Assembly: GCF_004010195.1 (NCBI RefSeq) | Contig: NC_057716.1 | Span: 26,616,242 to 26,680,241 of the forward strand | Length of the DNA stretch: 64,000 nt | Origin: Chiloscyllium plagiosum | Taxonomy: Eukaryota | Reading direction: 5' to 3' | Shown: positions 12,690-26,102 of the stretch, one piece after another | How positions within the stretch are numbered: the first letter of the stretch is position 1 | Layout of the letters: every line of letters begins with the position of its first letter | Notes under the pieces: generated by a model | The model's input: only the letters and a program-made list of their open reading frames with translations | What the model was told of the DNA's origin: nothing | Database searches by the model: none | Translations under genes and position numbers: made by a program

Positions 12690-13500
12690 TATAACACGAA
12701 AACAGACCCTTCAGTCCAACTCTTCCATGCTGACCACATATCCAGAATTAATCTCGTCCCATTTACCAGTATTTGGCCCATATCCCTCTAAATCTTTCCT
12801 ATTCGGGTATTCCTCCAAAAGCCTTTTAAATGTTGTAATTGTACCTGCCTCTACCAATTCCTCTGGCAGCTCATTCCATACATACATAACACTCTGCATG
12901 ATAAAGTTACCCCTCAGATCCTTTTATATCTTTCCCCTCTCAACTTAAACCTATGTCTTTTAGTTTAGACTTCCCTATACTGAGGAAAAGACCTTGTCTA
13001 TTCACCCTATCCATGCCCCTCATGATGTTACAAACCTTTATAAGGTCACCCCTCAGCCTTTGAGGACCCAAGGAAAATAGCCCCAGCCCATTCAGCCTCT
13101 CCCAATACCTCAAAACCTCCAATCCTGGCATTATCCTTGTAAATGTTTTCTGCACCTTTTTAAGTTGAACTACATCTAAGTATATATGTTCTGCTCTGAT
13201 TTGCAATACCTCACATTTATCTAAATTTTTCTCTATCTGCCACTCCTCAGCCCACTGGCTCATCTAATCAAGGTCCCATTGTTCTCTTAGATAACTTTTG
13301 TTGTCACCTGTAAACTTCTATATTCACATCCAAATCACCTATGTAAATGATAAAAAGCAGTGGACTCAGCATCCATCCTTGTGGCACAACACTGGTCACA
13401 GGTGCCGGTCTGGAAAACAACCCTCTGTCTCTTATCCTCAAGCCATTTTTGTATCCAATTGGCTAGCTACTCCTGGATTCCATGTGATCTAACCAATCAA
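12690..13500 (-). mobile_element. CR1 LINE fragment with internal deletion
   Basis: WAEEWQ...VQKTFTRIMPGLE...LRGDLIKV and VWNELPEELVEAGTITTFKR. CR1 homology continues briefly at ~14120-14190 after the Penelope insert. Confidence 0.85.
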
Positions 13501-13510
13501 CCACAATCAA

Positions 13511-14105
13511 TAAAGTGCGGCACTGGAAAAAGCGCAGCACGTCAGGCAGCATCTGGGGAGCAAGAGAGTCGACGTTTCAAGCATAGCCTTTCATCAGAAC
13601 TGGGGAGGGGGAAGGGGCGCTGAGAAATAAGTGGGGGCGGAGCTAGGGGAAAGATAGGTGAGATGGTGATAGGTGAGCAAAGGTAGAAGGTGATTGTGAT
13701 TGATCGGTAGCAAGTGTGAAGCGGATAGGTGGGCAGGAAGATGGACAGGATAAGAGGGCGAAGCCAAGTCAGAGGGTTGCATCTAGGATGGAGTTGAGGG
13801 AGGGCAGATTTGGAAACTGGTAAAATCAGTGTTGAGGCCGTGTGGTTGTAGGCTCCTGAGGTGGAAGATGAGGTGTTCCTCCTCCAGTTTGCGGGTGGCC
13901 CTGTTTAGATGGTGAAGGAGGCCCAGAATGGTCATGTTATCAGGGAGTGGGAGAAGGCGTTGAAGTGGACGGCCACAGGAGGGTGGGGTTTGTTGGTGCA
14001 TACAGACCAGAGATGTTCCCTGAACCATTCCATGAGGTTGCACAGAGTCTCTCTGATGTAGAGGAGACCACATCAAGAGTAATGGATGCAGTAAATGAGG
14101 TTCAA
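13511..14105 (-). mobile_element. Penelope-like element 3' part (GIY-YIG C-terminus plus pLTR)
   Basis: RKLEEEHLIFHLRSLQPHGLNTDF peptide; terminal repeat with a hammerhead core at 13566-13601. Confidence 0.85.
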
Positions 14106-14191
14106 GTATATGCAGTCTACTGTGCAGAGCCTTGGCAACGCTTTGCTGAAGTCCATGTAGATAACGTCCACTGCCCTGCCTTCCTCAATAT

Positions 14192-15375
14192 TAGAGTCAT
14201 AGAGATGTACAGCACGGAAACACACCCTTTGGTCCAACTCGTCCATGCCGACCAGATATCTTAACCTAATCTAGTCCCATTTGCCAGCACTTGGCCCATA
14301 TCCCTCCAATCCCTTCCTATTCACATACCCATCCAGATGCCTTTTAAATGCTGTAATTGTACCAGCCTTCACCACTTCCGCTGGCAGCTCATTAATTATA
14401 CGCACCGCCCTCTGCGTGAACAAGTTGACCCTTGGTGCCTTTTTATATCTTTCCCCTCTCACCTTAAACCTATGCCTTCTAGTTCTGGACTCTCCCACCC
14501 CAGAGAAAATACCTTGTCTCTTCAGCATATCCATGCCCTTCATAACTCTATAAACCTTGATAAGGTCACCCCAACCTCTGACACTCCAGGGAAAACAGCC
14601 CTAGTCTATTCAGCCTCTCCCTATAGCTCAAATCCTCCAACCCTGACCACGTTCTTGTAAATCATTTTTGAACCTTTTCAAGTGTCACAACATCCTTCTG
14701 ATAGGAAGAAGACCAGAATTGCACGCAATATTCCAAAAGTGGTCTGACCAATGTCCTGTACATCCGCAACATAACCTCCCAACACCTATACTCCGTGTTC
14801 TGACCAATAAAGGAAAGCATACCAAACGCCTTCTTCATTATCCTATTTACCTGTGACTCTACTTTCAAGGGACTATGAATCTGCACACCAAAGGTCTCTT
14901 TGTTCATCAACATTCCCCAGGTTCTTACCATTAAGTATATAAGTCCTGCTCTGATTTGCTTTTCCAAAATGCAGCACCCTCACATTTGTCTAAATTAAAC
15001 TTCATCTGCTACTCCTCAGCCCATTTGCCCATTTGATCAAGATCCCATTGTAGTCTGAGGTAACGTTCTTCGCTGTCCACTACACCTCCAATTTTGGTCA
15101 TCTGCAACTTCCTAACTATACCTCCTTTGTTCACATCCAAATCATTTATATAACTAACGAAAAACAGTGGACCCTGCACCAATTCTTTTGGCACACCACT
15201 GATCACGGGCCTCCAGTCTGAAAAGCAACCCTCCATCACCACCTTCTGCCTTCTACCTTTAAGCCAATCTGTATCCAAATGGCTAGTTCTCCCTGTATTC
15301 CATGAGATCTAACCTTGCTAACCAGTCTCCTTCTTTGTCACTTCTTCAAAAAAAACTCAATCAAGTTAGTGAGTC
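14192..15375 (-). mobile_element. Younger CR1 LINE, 5'-truncated
   Basis: RT peptides [26 protein letters not shown] and RTLVRPLLEYCVQFWS; tail (tagagtcatagag) at ~14192. Confidence 0.9.
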
Positions 15376-15889
15376 ACGGTTAAAGGGTCTTGGATTCAGA
15401 GACCCATGCTAACAATTCAGCCACTCTGTTACAAATACGCCAAACACGTGTCTAATAACATACAACAAAAAATACATTCCTGCTAACGAGTCCCAACTAC
15501 ATGTCTAAATTTAATGATAACACTTACAAATTCTTTCCTACTCATTGAGATACTTCTCCACATGTCACCCCTAATATGTGCAAAATTAAAAGATCACATG
15601 CATGGATTCTCACTTGAACAAAGTTTTTGATATGCTTGTTCTATGTCCAAAATTGATACATATGGGTTTGTGTGGAAACTCTACACTTATGTGCATGTTG
15701 TCTTATGTCAACCACTCCACATGTCAGTGTACATTAAAGTGATATGTTCATAATATCATCATGGTATCATAGCCTGCAACCTGAGGATGTAACGATCTCC
15801 CTGTCAGAGGCCAGTCCATCTTAAGATGGGGCCACTTGATGCATGACACATTGAAGGAAGCATGCTGTTCTTTGTAACTTAATAACTCA

Positions 15890-16609
15890 TTTAGCGATTT
15901 TTGAGAAAATTTGTAGCTCAGGTTGATAAGTTTGTAAGTTAGCTCGCAGAGCTTAAAGGTTTGTTTTCAGACTTTTCGTCACCATACTAGGTAACATCAT
16001 CAGTGAGAGTCTCCAATGAAGGTGGTATGTCCCGCCTCTCTATTTATAGGTCTTGGATCCTTAAAGTGGGTGGTGTTATTTCCGGTTATGTTTTTCCAGG
16101 GGAGGTAGATAGGATCTAAATCAATGTGTTTATTGATGGAGTTCTGGTCAGAGTACCATGCTTCGAAGAGTTCTCATGTGTGTCTTTGTTTTGCCTATCC
16201 TAGGATACGTGTGCTGTCCCAGTCAAAGTGGTGTCCTTCTTTGTCTTTAAGTATAGAAACTAGTGATAGTGGGTCATGTCGTTTGGCGCAGTTGGTGTTC
16301 ATGTATCCTGGTGGCTAGTTTCCTGCTAGTTTGTCCGGTTGTAGTGTTTCCTTTCACAGTTCTTGCATGCTTTACATCTTGTAAATCATGTTAGTTTTGC
16401 TGGTAGTATCTAATGGATCCATCAATAAACACGTCAATTTAGATCCTCCCCTTGGAAAAAAAGAACCAGAAATGACATCACCCACCTTAAGAAACCAAGA
16501 CCGATTAAATAGAGAAGTGCTTCACCAGAGACTCTCTCTGATGTTACCTAGTATGGTGACGAAACATCTGAAAACAAACCTTCAAGCTCAGCGAGCTAAC
16601 TTACTACTG
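15890..16609 (-). mobile_element. Penelope-like element with inverted terminal duplication and 9-bp TSD
   Basis: Minus-strand peptide GQTSRKLATRIHEHQL...GHHFDWDSTRILG...EAWYSDQNSINKHIDLDPIY. 16418-16605 is an inverted copy of ~15935-16140. Direct repeat aataactca at 15881-15889 and 16610-16618. Confidence 0.88.
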
Positions 16610-18129
16610 AATAACTCAGAATCTAACTTGTGACTGCAATGGAGCTGTATTAATGATCTTTTGAATCTTTCCGTACCATGATACCTATGTTCATGTTCCT
16701 ATGTTACAGGAGCTAACATAAGCATTGGTATGTCAAGTACAAATGGCCCTGCTGGATAGTGATAGTTCAGTGCATCTGGTTTGCTGGCTTATATGGAAAA
16801 TGAGCTTGTGCACAAACACTGACACAGAATTATTAGCAATTGTCCAACTGATATTGAAAATGGAAAAAGAATTCAAATTCTTGTGTGAAATTCAACACTA
16901 TTTTCTGTTTCGTTCACTTGCAGTCAGCAAAAAAGAAACGAGAAAGCCTAGTGAAGGATGCGATGCACACAAAATTAGAATGCAATCTGAAAGCAAATTT
17001 TTCCTTTGCTGTTTACAAGGAAATTGTGCATAAACTGATGGGATACTGCTGCTTTATCAGAGATGTTATCTTTTTGATGATGGGTTCTACCATCTGCCCT
17101 ATTTGATGGATTGAACAGATCCCATCGCACTGTAAGGAGCAGGAGAATTCTGATACCCTGGCCAATATTTATCCATCATTAACATCTGTTTTTAAACTGG
17201 TCATTATTACATTGCTACCTGTGAGAACTTACTGTGCACCAATTGGCTGCCATGTTTTGATATCACAATAGTGAATTTCTGCAACAGTATTTTATTGGCT
17301 GTTAAGTATTGGAAAAAACTTTATTTTTTCCCACCTTCCTATCTACCTTTAAAATCTTTCTTAAGATCCTACTATGTGACCTATCCTTTGGATTTTCCTG
17401 CTATTTCACACCTTACTTGACACTTACTGAGCACTCTGCAGTACTCTCTGGGACATTTCACTAGATGTAATGAGCACAACTTATAATGCAAGTTGTGGTT
17501 GTTCAAGAGAGTGGATTTGAACAATGATCATTATTGCTTACATGAGCACAGAAGACAAATAGACCATTGGATTGATATGAGTTATTTCCCCCAAAGAGAA
17601 ATGCAGCCACTGTTATTAATCAATCATTTTCTGTATGGTTATGAATGTCTGAAATAGTTTGAAGTATTGTATTCCAAGCCAATCAAGACTGAGCAAGAGC
17701 TGTTTCACATGACTCTTTAACAAATTTATGGGTAAATGTTTGGCATTGAACACTGATCTGACACAATTAATTCTACAACTGACCTTTAAATCTGACACTA
17801 TATACATTGCATCTAAATAATTGCTTCATTTATTCTGACCCATTTCTTCAGTAAAAATCAGTAAGAGCAGGAGAGTTCCGTTCAATAATTATTCTATATG
17901 ATAATTCAAAACAAACCCTTAATGTTTAAAAGAAAATCAATGTTAATGCATAAAGTCATCTTGATCCATTGTTTATATTATTTCTTGCTTTGTTTGCAGT
18001 TTTTAGTTTTCATACTAAAATTAAAACCTCAACTGAAGACACTGTTATCCTTGGGCTAAAGAATGAATGATAACCAAATCTACCTACAGTGATCTTTTGT
18101 CAAGCTCCTCAACTTGGATTTCTTGAGAA

Positions 18130-18400
18130 TTTGTGTGTTTAAATTACCAGTAGCATCTTCCAAACCCACAATCTCTACTATCTAAAAGGAGAAGCAGATA
18201 AATGAAACCACCATCATCCTGACTTGGAAATAGATTGATGTTCCTTGAGTCTCACGGGATCAAAATCCTGCCTAATAGCACTGTGAGACCCCCTCCACCA
18301 AACGGACTGCAGCGTTTCAAGAAGATAGCCCACCACCATCTTCTTCAGGGCAATTAGGGATGGGCAATAAATGCTGGCCTGGCCAGTGACACTCACTTTG
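18130..18400 (+). mobile_element. LINE 3' end (shark family with gggcaataaatgctggcc tail)
   Basis: caccaccatcttcttcagggcaattagggatgggcaataaatgctggcctggccagtgac. Related pieces at 3235-3310, 20990-21380 (minus) and RT pieces at 48885-49335. Confidence 0.7.
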
Positions 18401-19714
18401 TGTCTTGAGTAATTATCAAATCCATAACCATTTAGCACAGAAATCCTCCTCCTTCCCCAAACATTCAAACCTCTCTTGCCTTAAGTTCCAAGAATCCTGG
18501 GGAGTGCCGATTCTGGTGTCAAAGTGAAAGTTTGCTCACTCAGCCAAAAATGTAATGCAGGCGAGTTTCTCATCCTACCATCCTTCAAAACGCCAACCAT
18601 TCACTTCAGTGAGTTCACTGGAAAATCTCCAGTTGGCAGCACGGATGCAACACTGTGGCTGTGTGTCCTAGATTACTGACTCCATCTTTTCGAAGCCATT
18701 TCCTTTCTGCTCCTCGTAGCTGCTGGTATCATCTGTGCAGAGATGTTTTTGTTATGCCCACGTCAGTTTATATTGTCACTTGGGTATAGCTAGAGATTGT
18801 TTTTTGCACCATTCCCTGTGGTCAGTCCAAAACACCAGTAAGGTTATCCGACTTTTCAATGTTTATTACATTTAATGTGGGGTGACTTTGTTTCACCCTC
18901 CTTCACACAAATGTCAGTGAAAATGTGTAAATCTCTCCCTCCTGGAAAGATGTTGAGGTTAGGTCAACTGGGTAGTTCAAAATTAGATTTTTGCTCATAT
19001 TAGGGTTTAGGTTAGAGGTTTCTTTGCCACCACTCTATGGGTCATAACATAAAATGTTTTTAATAAAATGAATAATAGAAATACAGTAAATATTTTTCCT
19101 GCTACCAAGGTGTTAATTAAATACTTCATCTATATCAGGTTTAAACAAAACAAATCAACCAGGTTTCTTGGTGAACACAATTATTGGTTTATTATGAAAG
19201 CAAAACGTGTTCATTAAAGGTGCAACAATTGATTCACATCAGTAATATAGAAGTGTACATGTTTATTCCTCTGAATGTCCCCAAAGCTCACACATAGACA
19301 CACTTTAGGAAAAAATACTCTTTAGAAAGAAAACACATTTCTCCGCACAGATTGGTTTACTTAAAAAAAAACACTCTGGCTAGAAGGTTATTTATTTAAT
19401 CTTCTGCAATTACAAAATGAAACACAGAGAAAAGTGCAGGGTCAGTATGGGGAAAATGACCATGGAGGATCCAACTTTTATCCTCTCAGACAGCTAAAAC
19501 CAGTCTGGGCATCACATGCACAAAGTTTTATCCATAAGGACATAAATCAACCTTCTCCTTGATTCAGTCTCTGTCCTAGTCAGGTGCAGCCACCTCCACA
19601 GACAAATTCCACCCCCGTCATACCAGCTGGCAATGTATTTCAGAGGCTCATTACTCTCTGTGGAAAGATAGACTGTTTAACATCCAGTCTGTTCCTTCCT
19701 TATTCATTCCACCA

Positions 19715-20172
19715 AGGACATGCAAGTCCTGAGCCGCCTCCATCGCCAAACTCTAGCCCCCCAATGCCTGGAGGAAGAACGCCTCATCTTCCGCCTTGGG
19801 ACCCTCCAACCACATGGGATCAATGTGGATTTCACCAGTTTCCTCATTTCCCCTCCCCCCACCTTATCCCAGATCCAACCTTCCAACTCGACACTGCCCT
19901 CTTGAATTGTCCTACCTGTCCATTCCACCCTCTGCTCCGACCTATCACTATCACTCCCAACTTCATTCGCATTCCCAGCTACCTTCCCCCAGCCTCACCC
20001 ACTTCCCATTTATCTCTCAGCCACCTCGGGCCAGCCCCTCATTCCTGATGAAGAGCTTATGCTCAAAACATCGACTCTCCTGCTCATTAGATGCTGCCTG
20101 ACCGGCTGTGCTTTTCCAGCACCACACTTGTCAACTCTGATCTCCAATATCTGCGGTCCTCCCTTTCTCCTG
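19715..20172 (+). mobile_element. Penelope-like element 3' part
   Basis: LEEERLIFRLGTLQPHGINVDF peptide plus pLTR with a mutated hammerhead at 20045-20075. Confidence 0.88.
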
Positions 20173-20356
20173 GATACATTACCCAGTTAAAATTTATGAG
20201 CCTTGAGTTTACCTAATGAGAAAGGGAGAGACAAGCTTTTTTTCAAAAGTTGTCCTATCCTTCTTTGAACCAACAGACAATGTGTAGCTGATTCTCTTTC
20301 TTGTGGGATGTCAAGTAGATTTTCAAAATGCAAATGAAAGCCTTTTCTCCTCACAT

Positions 20357-20662
20357 ATTTTTAATCAACCTGTTCAAGCATTTTATGATACACCTTTGGA
20401 ACAGGTGAGACTTGAAGCCTGAGGTAAGGACACTACCACTGTACCATAAGAACACTTTTCACTCAATTCACATATGTTATGGCACACATCTCTGGGGCAG
20501 GTGATCCTTGAACTCAGAGCCTTTGGTCCAGAGGTAGGGATAGTATTGAAGCATTACAAGAGCCTTCAAATATGTTATGACTCAGTTCCAGGGCTGGTGA
20601 GACTTGGACTCAAACCTTCTGGCCCAGAAGTAGAGTCACTACCACTGTACCACAATAGCCCA
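20357..20662 (-). mobile_element. Three tandem copies of a short tRNA-derived SINE
   Basis: The unit ...acacctttggaacaggtgagacttgaa...gaggtaaggacactaccactgtacc recurs three times at ~100-110 nt spacing. Same family as 37365-37472. Confidence 0.7.
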
Positions 20663-21633
20663 TTTTATTCGAAAACTTCACTTCAAAAAAAAGTTGTAAT
20701 GCACCACTATAGTTTAAGCGCACAATTTTCTGTTTGTTAGGTCAGCTCTTTCACCACAATAAGCCTCAGCACCAGTTGTGCAAGGATAAGTATCATTAAT
20801 TTTGTTTTAAAACAACAGACAGGAAGCAACACATCATGTTTTCACACCGGGATACCAAGCTCCTGTATACCTTTATAACATATCATTGTTTGAATGATGA
20901 GGAAAACTATTTGACTAATGTTTTGTCAAGATGTGCAAAATTACTTGCTATTGGATTTGTTGTTTGGCTGACAGGGCTGTTTTGTTGGGTGTTTAAGTAC
21001 TGAAAGGAGCATTGTTTAGTGCCCATCCCTCATTAACTTTGAGGAAATAGTGGTGGTAAAATGTCTTTTAAATTATTGCAATGCTATTAGTGTGGCTGGG
21101 GGGGGGAGGGAAGGGAAATGTCCAAGATTTCAACTTCACTGGGGTCAGAGTGTTGTGTGGCCTGCATTGAAATTTGTAAGCTGCTTGTATTCCCCCATAT
21201 ACCTTACTCTTTGGAAGTAGTAGAATTTGCGAGTTTGGGAGATGCTGTCTAAGAAACCTTGGCAAATTGCTGCAGTGTATTCTGTAAGTAGTACGCACTG
21301 CATCCGTAGTGCATTGCAATGGGTTGGATTAATTTCTTTAATGGACTGGCTTGGCTCACAGAACAAACTGGTGGGTTGTCAAGCTGACCAAGTTTAGTCA
21401 GCTAGCAAGTTAAGATAAGTTGAGGCAGTTATGTTGGATTGGTTATTCACAGGCTAAATGCTTTGCTTAGTTTTCTGGATTGGTAGGCTACATTGAATTG
21501 ATTAGAAGACTAGGTCAATTTGGTTAAGTACTTACATTTTTTGGAGGAATGTCTACCCTACTTAGAAACAATCAGTGTGCTTGTATGTCATATGCTCAGA
21601 TATTGTCATTAATAATCAATGCATTTGTTACAG

Positions 21634-21713
21634 ATACAGGCTCCTGCAAAAGGACCAAATGGTCGACCCCAATATGAAGAGCTGGAACATCATCAGTACA
21701 CTACACTACCAAG
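21634..21713 (+). CDS. PARD3B: Internal coding exon (80 nt, phase 0 to phase 2), likely penultimate exon of Par-3 family polarity protein beta
   Basis: Acceptor ttgttacag at 21625-21633 and strong donor AAG|gtaagg at 21714. The open frame reads IQAPAKGPNGRPQYEELEHHQYTTLPR. This resembles the recalled human PARD3B segment VPGRGPDGNAHNLRFEGMERQYASLPR (same 27-aa length, GP.G and QY..LPR motifs). The paralog PARD3 has QYSSLPR but lacks the GP.G part. Identity is from recall, not a search. Confidence 0.68.
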
Positions 21714-22949
21714 GTAAGGTGAACTGAACCAATAACAATACCCTTGTGCAGAGCTACATTCCATGAGAAATGAAAGCATAAAGAGCAAAAAAGTCATTGG
21801 TCTGTCAGCCTGAAAGCAAAGTACCTGCATTTTGAAAACCTCAAATGAAAATAGAAAATAGTGAAAACATTCAGCAAGTCAGAAACAGTATCTTTGGGGA
21901 GGGAAAGAGAGTTGACTGGATGAGATTTGAACTCACTCAAAATAAATTCACTTACCCAGTGTAAAATTGCATCCAGTATTTTAGGTGGTTGATCCTTTAT
22001 CAGAACTGGAAAGAGTCAGGGGGGATGTAACATGTTTTAAGGAAGTAGAGATGCAGGAAAGCGTGGAAGAGGTAGAGGGAAGGTCAGTCATGGGATGGAA
22101 GGTAGGAGAAGTTAAATGATGGCAGAGATGATGGTACAAGGCACAATGAGTTGCTAATGGGCTGAATGGCTTCTTGCTGTGACTCTGTAAAGATCTATCA
22201 AGATTATGAAAAAGACAATGTCCAATTTCACAATAGATAGAACCTGTCTAATCCTTTTCAACTCATAAAAAAATGGATTGTTAAAGTTCCTTTCAGTCCT
22301 CAAGAATAAGTTAAACCATTTTGTTAACTTTTCATTTTACATTATTCCTCCTTGATCTATTGCTTTCTTCAGCATGATATTCCCAAGAGTCGAATGGCCT
22401 TGGGCCCATTATCTCTGTCTGTAATTATCCTGTTGTCATTTTGTTCCCAACCAGTTATTCATCCAGCTGTTGGTTTATAAATGCATCTGCTGCTCTTTCT
22501 GGGTGTCAGCATTCTGGAGGTAAAACATTCCACTAGACCTGCCTGAAGTTTGGATTCATTACAACACTGCTTTCAGTGATCTCTGCCTTAATCTTCAAAA
22601 ATAATGTGTAATCAGATCAGCTCATCATCAAAACTGATCATAGTTACCTGCATTAACTAATCAGTTTTTGTTTAATCGCAGCTACCATGTAAATCACATA
22701 ACATTGTGTTTTTGAAAAGTATTTCACAAGATCTAGTTCTTAATGCAAACATAATGGGTGGGGTTTTCTGTGTGAGTTTGCGAACACAAGGCTGAAATGG
22801 TGATCAGAAGTGCACAGTGTTTTGGGCAGTCAATGTAATTTAGCTCAGTATGACCAACTAATGGCCAGAGTCCAGCTAAGAGGTCTGTTAAAGCTGGATG
22901 GCCTATCAGCTTAAAAGCAGCAGCAAGAATTCATGATGGGTAAGTTAGT

Positions 22950-23150
22950 GACATTGTGGGGCAATGTAGCATTGCCAGTCCACCTAATCTGCACATCTTT
23001 GGACTGTGGGAGGAAACTGGAGTACCCAGCGGAAATCCACGCAGACACTGGGAGAATGTCCCAAATCCACAAAGGCAGTCACCCAAGGCTGGAATCAAAC
23101 CCAGGTTGCTGCTACTGTGAGACAGCAGTGCTAGTCACTGTGCCATCCCA
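22950..23150 (-). mobile_element. HE1 / V-SINE
   Basis: V-core ccacctaatctgcacatctttggactgtgggaggaaactggag plus tRNA head. Confidence 0.8.
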
Positions 23151-24234
23151 ATGGAATGGGCAGAAGTCAATTGGAATTGGCATCACTCTCCCAGTGCCCG
23201 TATGAAGCACTCTGGCAGATTTTATAACAATAATTTAGATCGATGCTGAAGAGTGAGTTCAGCCAGTTTAGCCCACTCCCTCCAAGCCAGGATGGAGCAT
23301 CTAGTGACACGGGAAGTTGGGATACGTAGGATGTTATACGTTCATGGCAAAATGTGGGGATCTGGGTGGAGCAGATTACAGCTCGCAGAAGATATTGCAG
23401 CTGTGTGAAGTGATTTATTGCAAGTGAAGCATCAGTAGTTAAGGTAAAGGATGAGAGTAGTGGCTGCTTGTGTCTGTGACAGAAGGAATGTTGAAAGGTT
23501 ACATGGCAATCTAATTCCAGTACCACTGGTATATCAGAATTCCAGTTTAGAATATTTCTATCTGTATCATTTGCAGCTGTATTGAAGACAGGCCAGTTCA
23601 CAGCACAGTCGGGACTTGGCAAGGGGCTTTATTCTTTGCAGCTTGACCCTTGAGATTGAGATTTTCTTGCCACTGATGGTTCCAGTATCTCTCACTTCCC
23701 TGCCAGCTACACCTTAGTTATTGTGCACTGACAGGAGTGAGACAAACTAGGGCAGGACTGTATTTATTTACTGTCCTGATAGCCAAATTGATCACAAAAA
23801 ACCACTCATGTCATGCTACCACCTTCTAGGACTGTACTTCCATTAATGTTTCCCCCCCCCCCCCAAGTATGTTCTTATTAGAGTCGACAATCCTCTCCAC
23901 ACCACAGGTGACCTATGGCTGTTTCGGCACCTAGATAGGCAGATGGAGGCTCTAAGCTTGCCAGATGGTTACTGGCTCCCAGTCTACAGCCTGGAAACAA
24001 CCAGGGAGCTAAACTATCCCCCATTGCCTCCACAAACCAAATCCAAGAGAATCAAAGTTGGCCTCCAGTGACAGAGGCTAAAAGGCCTTTAACTGAGTAA
24101 ATTGACTATCCAATGTTTGAGGGTCCTGTTGTCTTCCCAACAGACCTTTGGGATAATGGTCTGTGACAGAAGGCTGCTGAAGACCAGGACACAGGGTGGT
24201 TAAAATAGAAAGATTGCAGAAAAAAACTTACAAA

Positions 24235-24675
24235 GAGAGAGTGGAGGGTTTGAGCTATTAGGAGAGGTTGGATAGACCGGGGCTTTTTTCCCTGGAGCAT
24301 TGGAGCCTGAGGGGTGACCTTACAGAGGTTTATAAAATCAGGAGGGGCATAGGTGAGGTGAATAGCCAAGGTTTTTTCCCTAGGGTAGGGGAGTCCAAAA
24401 CTAGAGAGCATGGGTTTTGGGGCAAGAGGGGATAGATTTAAAAGGAACCTCAGGGCCAACACTTTCATACGGGTTGGTGCATGTGTGGAATGAGCTTCCA
24501 GAGGAGGTGATAGAGGCTGGTACGGTTACAACATTTCCAAAGTACTTGGACAAGTGCGAGAATAGGAAAGATATAAACAGATATGGGCTAATTAAGTTTG
24601 GGATACCTGATTGGTATGGAGGAGTTGAACCAAAGGCTCTGTTTCCATGTTGAATTACTCTATGACTCTGTAACT
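24235..24675 (+). mobile_element. CR1 3' fragment
   Basis: VHVWNELPEEVIEAGTVTTF peptide and tail ctctatgactctg. Confidence 0.85.
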
Positions 24676-25963
24676 CTAATGGTGTGAAATTCCCCATCAA
24701 TGATAGAACACCTATGGGAGTCAGAGAGGAATTTTCAAATTTTTTTTCTTTATCATGAATCAGACTCTGATGGCTCAGTTCGTCGACATTGCTACCCCTG
24801 AGTCAGCAGGTTGTGGGTTCATACCCCACTCTGAAGACCTGACCATTAAAAAGTTAGGTTACGACTCTCAGTATAATACTGAGAGAGTGCTATACTGATA
24901 GAGTACAGATTGACTATGCTTCACAAATAGTTCATCAGCTGCAAAAGTTTTTAGGCATTTTTTCTTCATTGTGAAATGTCCTCTATAGTCTTTTCTCTTT
25001 CTTTTCCCTCTTTCTGTTCTTTCTTTTCCGCACACTTGTGAAATTCTGAGCAACTGAACCTGTAAACAATGCATCGTTGAAACCCAACACAATGAAAACA
25101 TCCCCAGTAGCATTAAAGGGAAATTAAAATGACCTTTTGAGGACTCGAATTGCAAATCATTCCAGGCAGTGATCTTAAAAATAATCAAACTCCTCAGTTT
25201 ATTTTTACTTTATAACTTTCCAAGTAAATGGAGAGCTGAATGGAGGAATACATTAGAATCCTATCTTTCTGCCCTTGGATATCAATCTAAATCTGTTCCA
25301 AAGTGAATAGTCAGCAAGTCATTTCTACATGACAGCTGTTGGGCCTCCCAAAGGATTGGTGCAGTATTAACTCAAGTTCCTCATGGCTCTTGTTGAATAG
25401 TCTCAAACAATCCATTATTTGTCGGTAATTAGACAGCTTCCTTCAAGAAATACAGAGAACTTATCCGATATGTGAATATCAAGGTATAACAAGGTAGAGG
25501 ATGATCCTTGGAGCAAAAGTGCATGGAATTTATAAGGATAATGTAGAAGGAATTTTATTGACGTGCATATGTTGATCTCAGCATTGCTCATGGTTGCCAT
25601 CACCTAGGCAGAATGTGTTCCAGTGCCCTTCCTGAAAACGTACATGCACACATATACATAGACACAAGCTTATGTTCCAGTAATCGAAACAGCAGGAAAT
25701 AGATAGTTATTAAATAGCTTGCAAAGGATATTCTGTGTTCAGTGCGTTAAGGGACCAGCTTTAAATGTTGACCTTTATAATCTAAGATACATTGTATGGC
25801 TTTGTTACATGACGAAAATCTCAACACCACAAGTATTTTCTAAGATGGTGCATATTATTGCGACATAGAGTAATTGTATGTTGGACTTAAGACTTTTGCA
25901 TGAGTGTCAACAAGACATACAGTCCAGCCAATAAGACCCCAGGAACAGGGTTTACTGAGCTAA

Positions 25964-26102
25964 GGAATTTCTGACGATGGGCTCTGGCCCAAAATGTCGA
26001 TTCTCCTGCTCTTCGGATGCTGCCTGACCTGCTGTGCTTTTCCAGCAACACACTCTCGACTCTGATCTCCAGCATCCTCCGACCTCACTTTCCCCTCCCT
26101 TT
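25964..26102 (+). mobile_element. Penelope pLTR-only insertion with 9-bp TSD
   Basis: Mutated hammerhead ctgacga...gcccaaaatgtc plus terminal repeat. Direct repeat ctgagctaa at 25955-25963 and 26103-26111. Confidence 0.8.

Noticed and set aside
15380-15790. Unassigned sequence that might be a coding relic
   Set aside because: The frames I translated have stops and no motif I can identify; not supportable.
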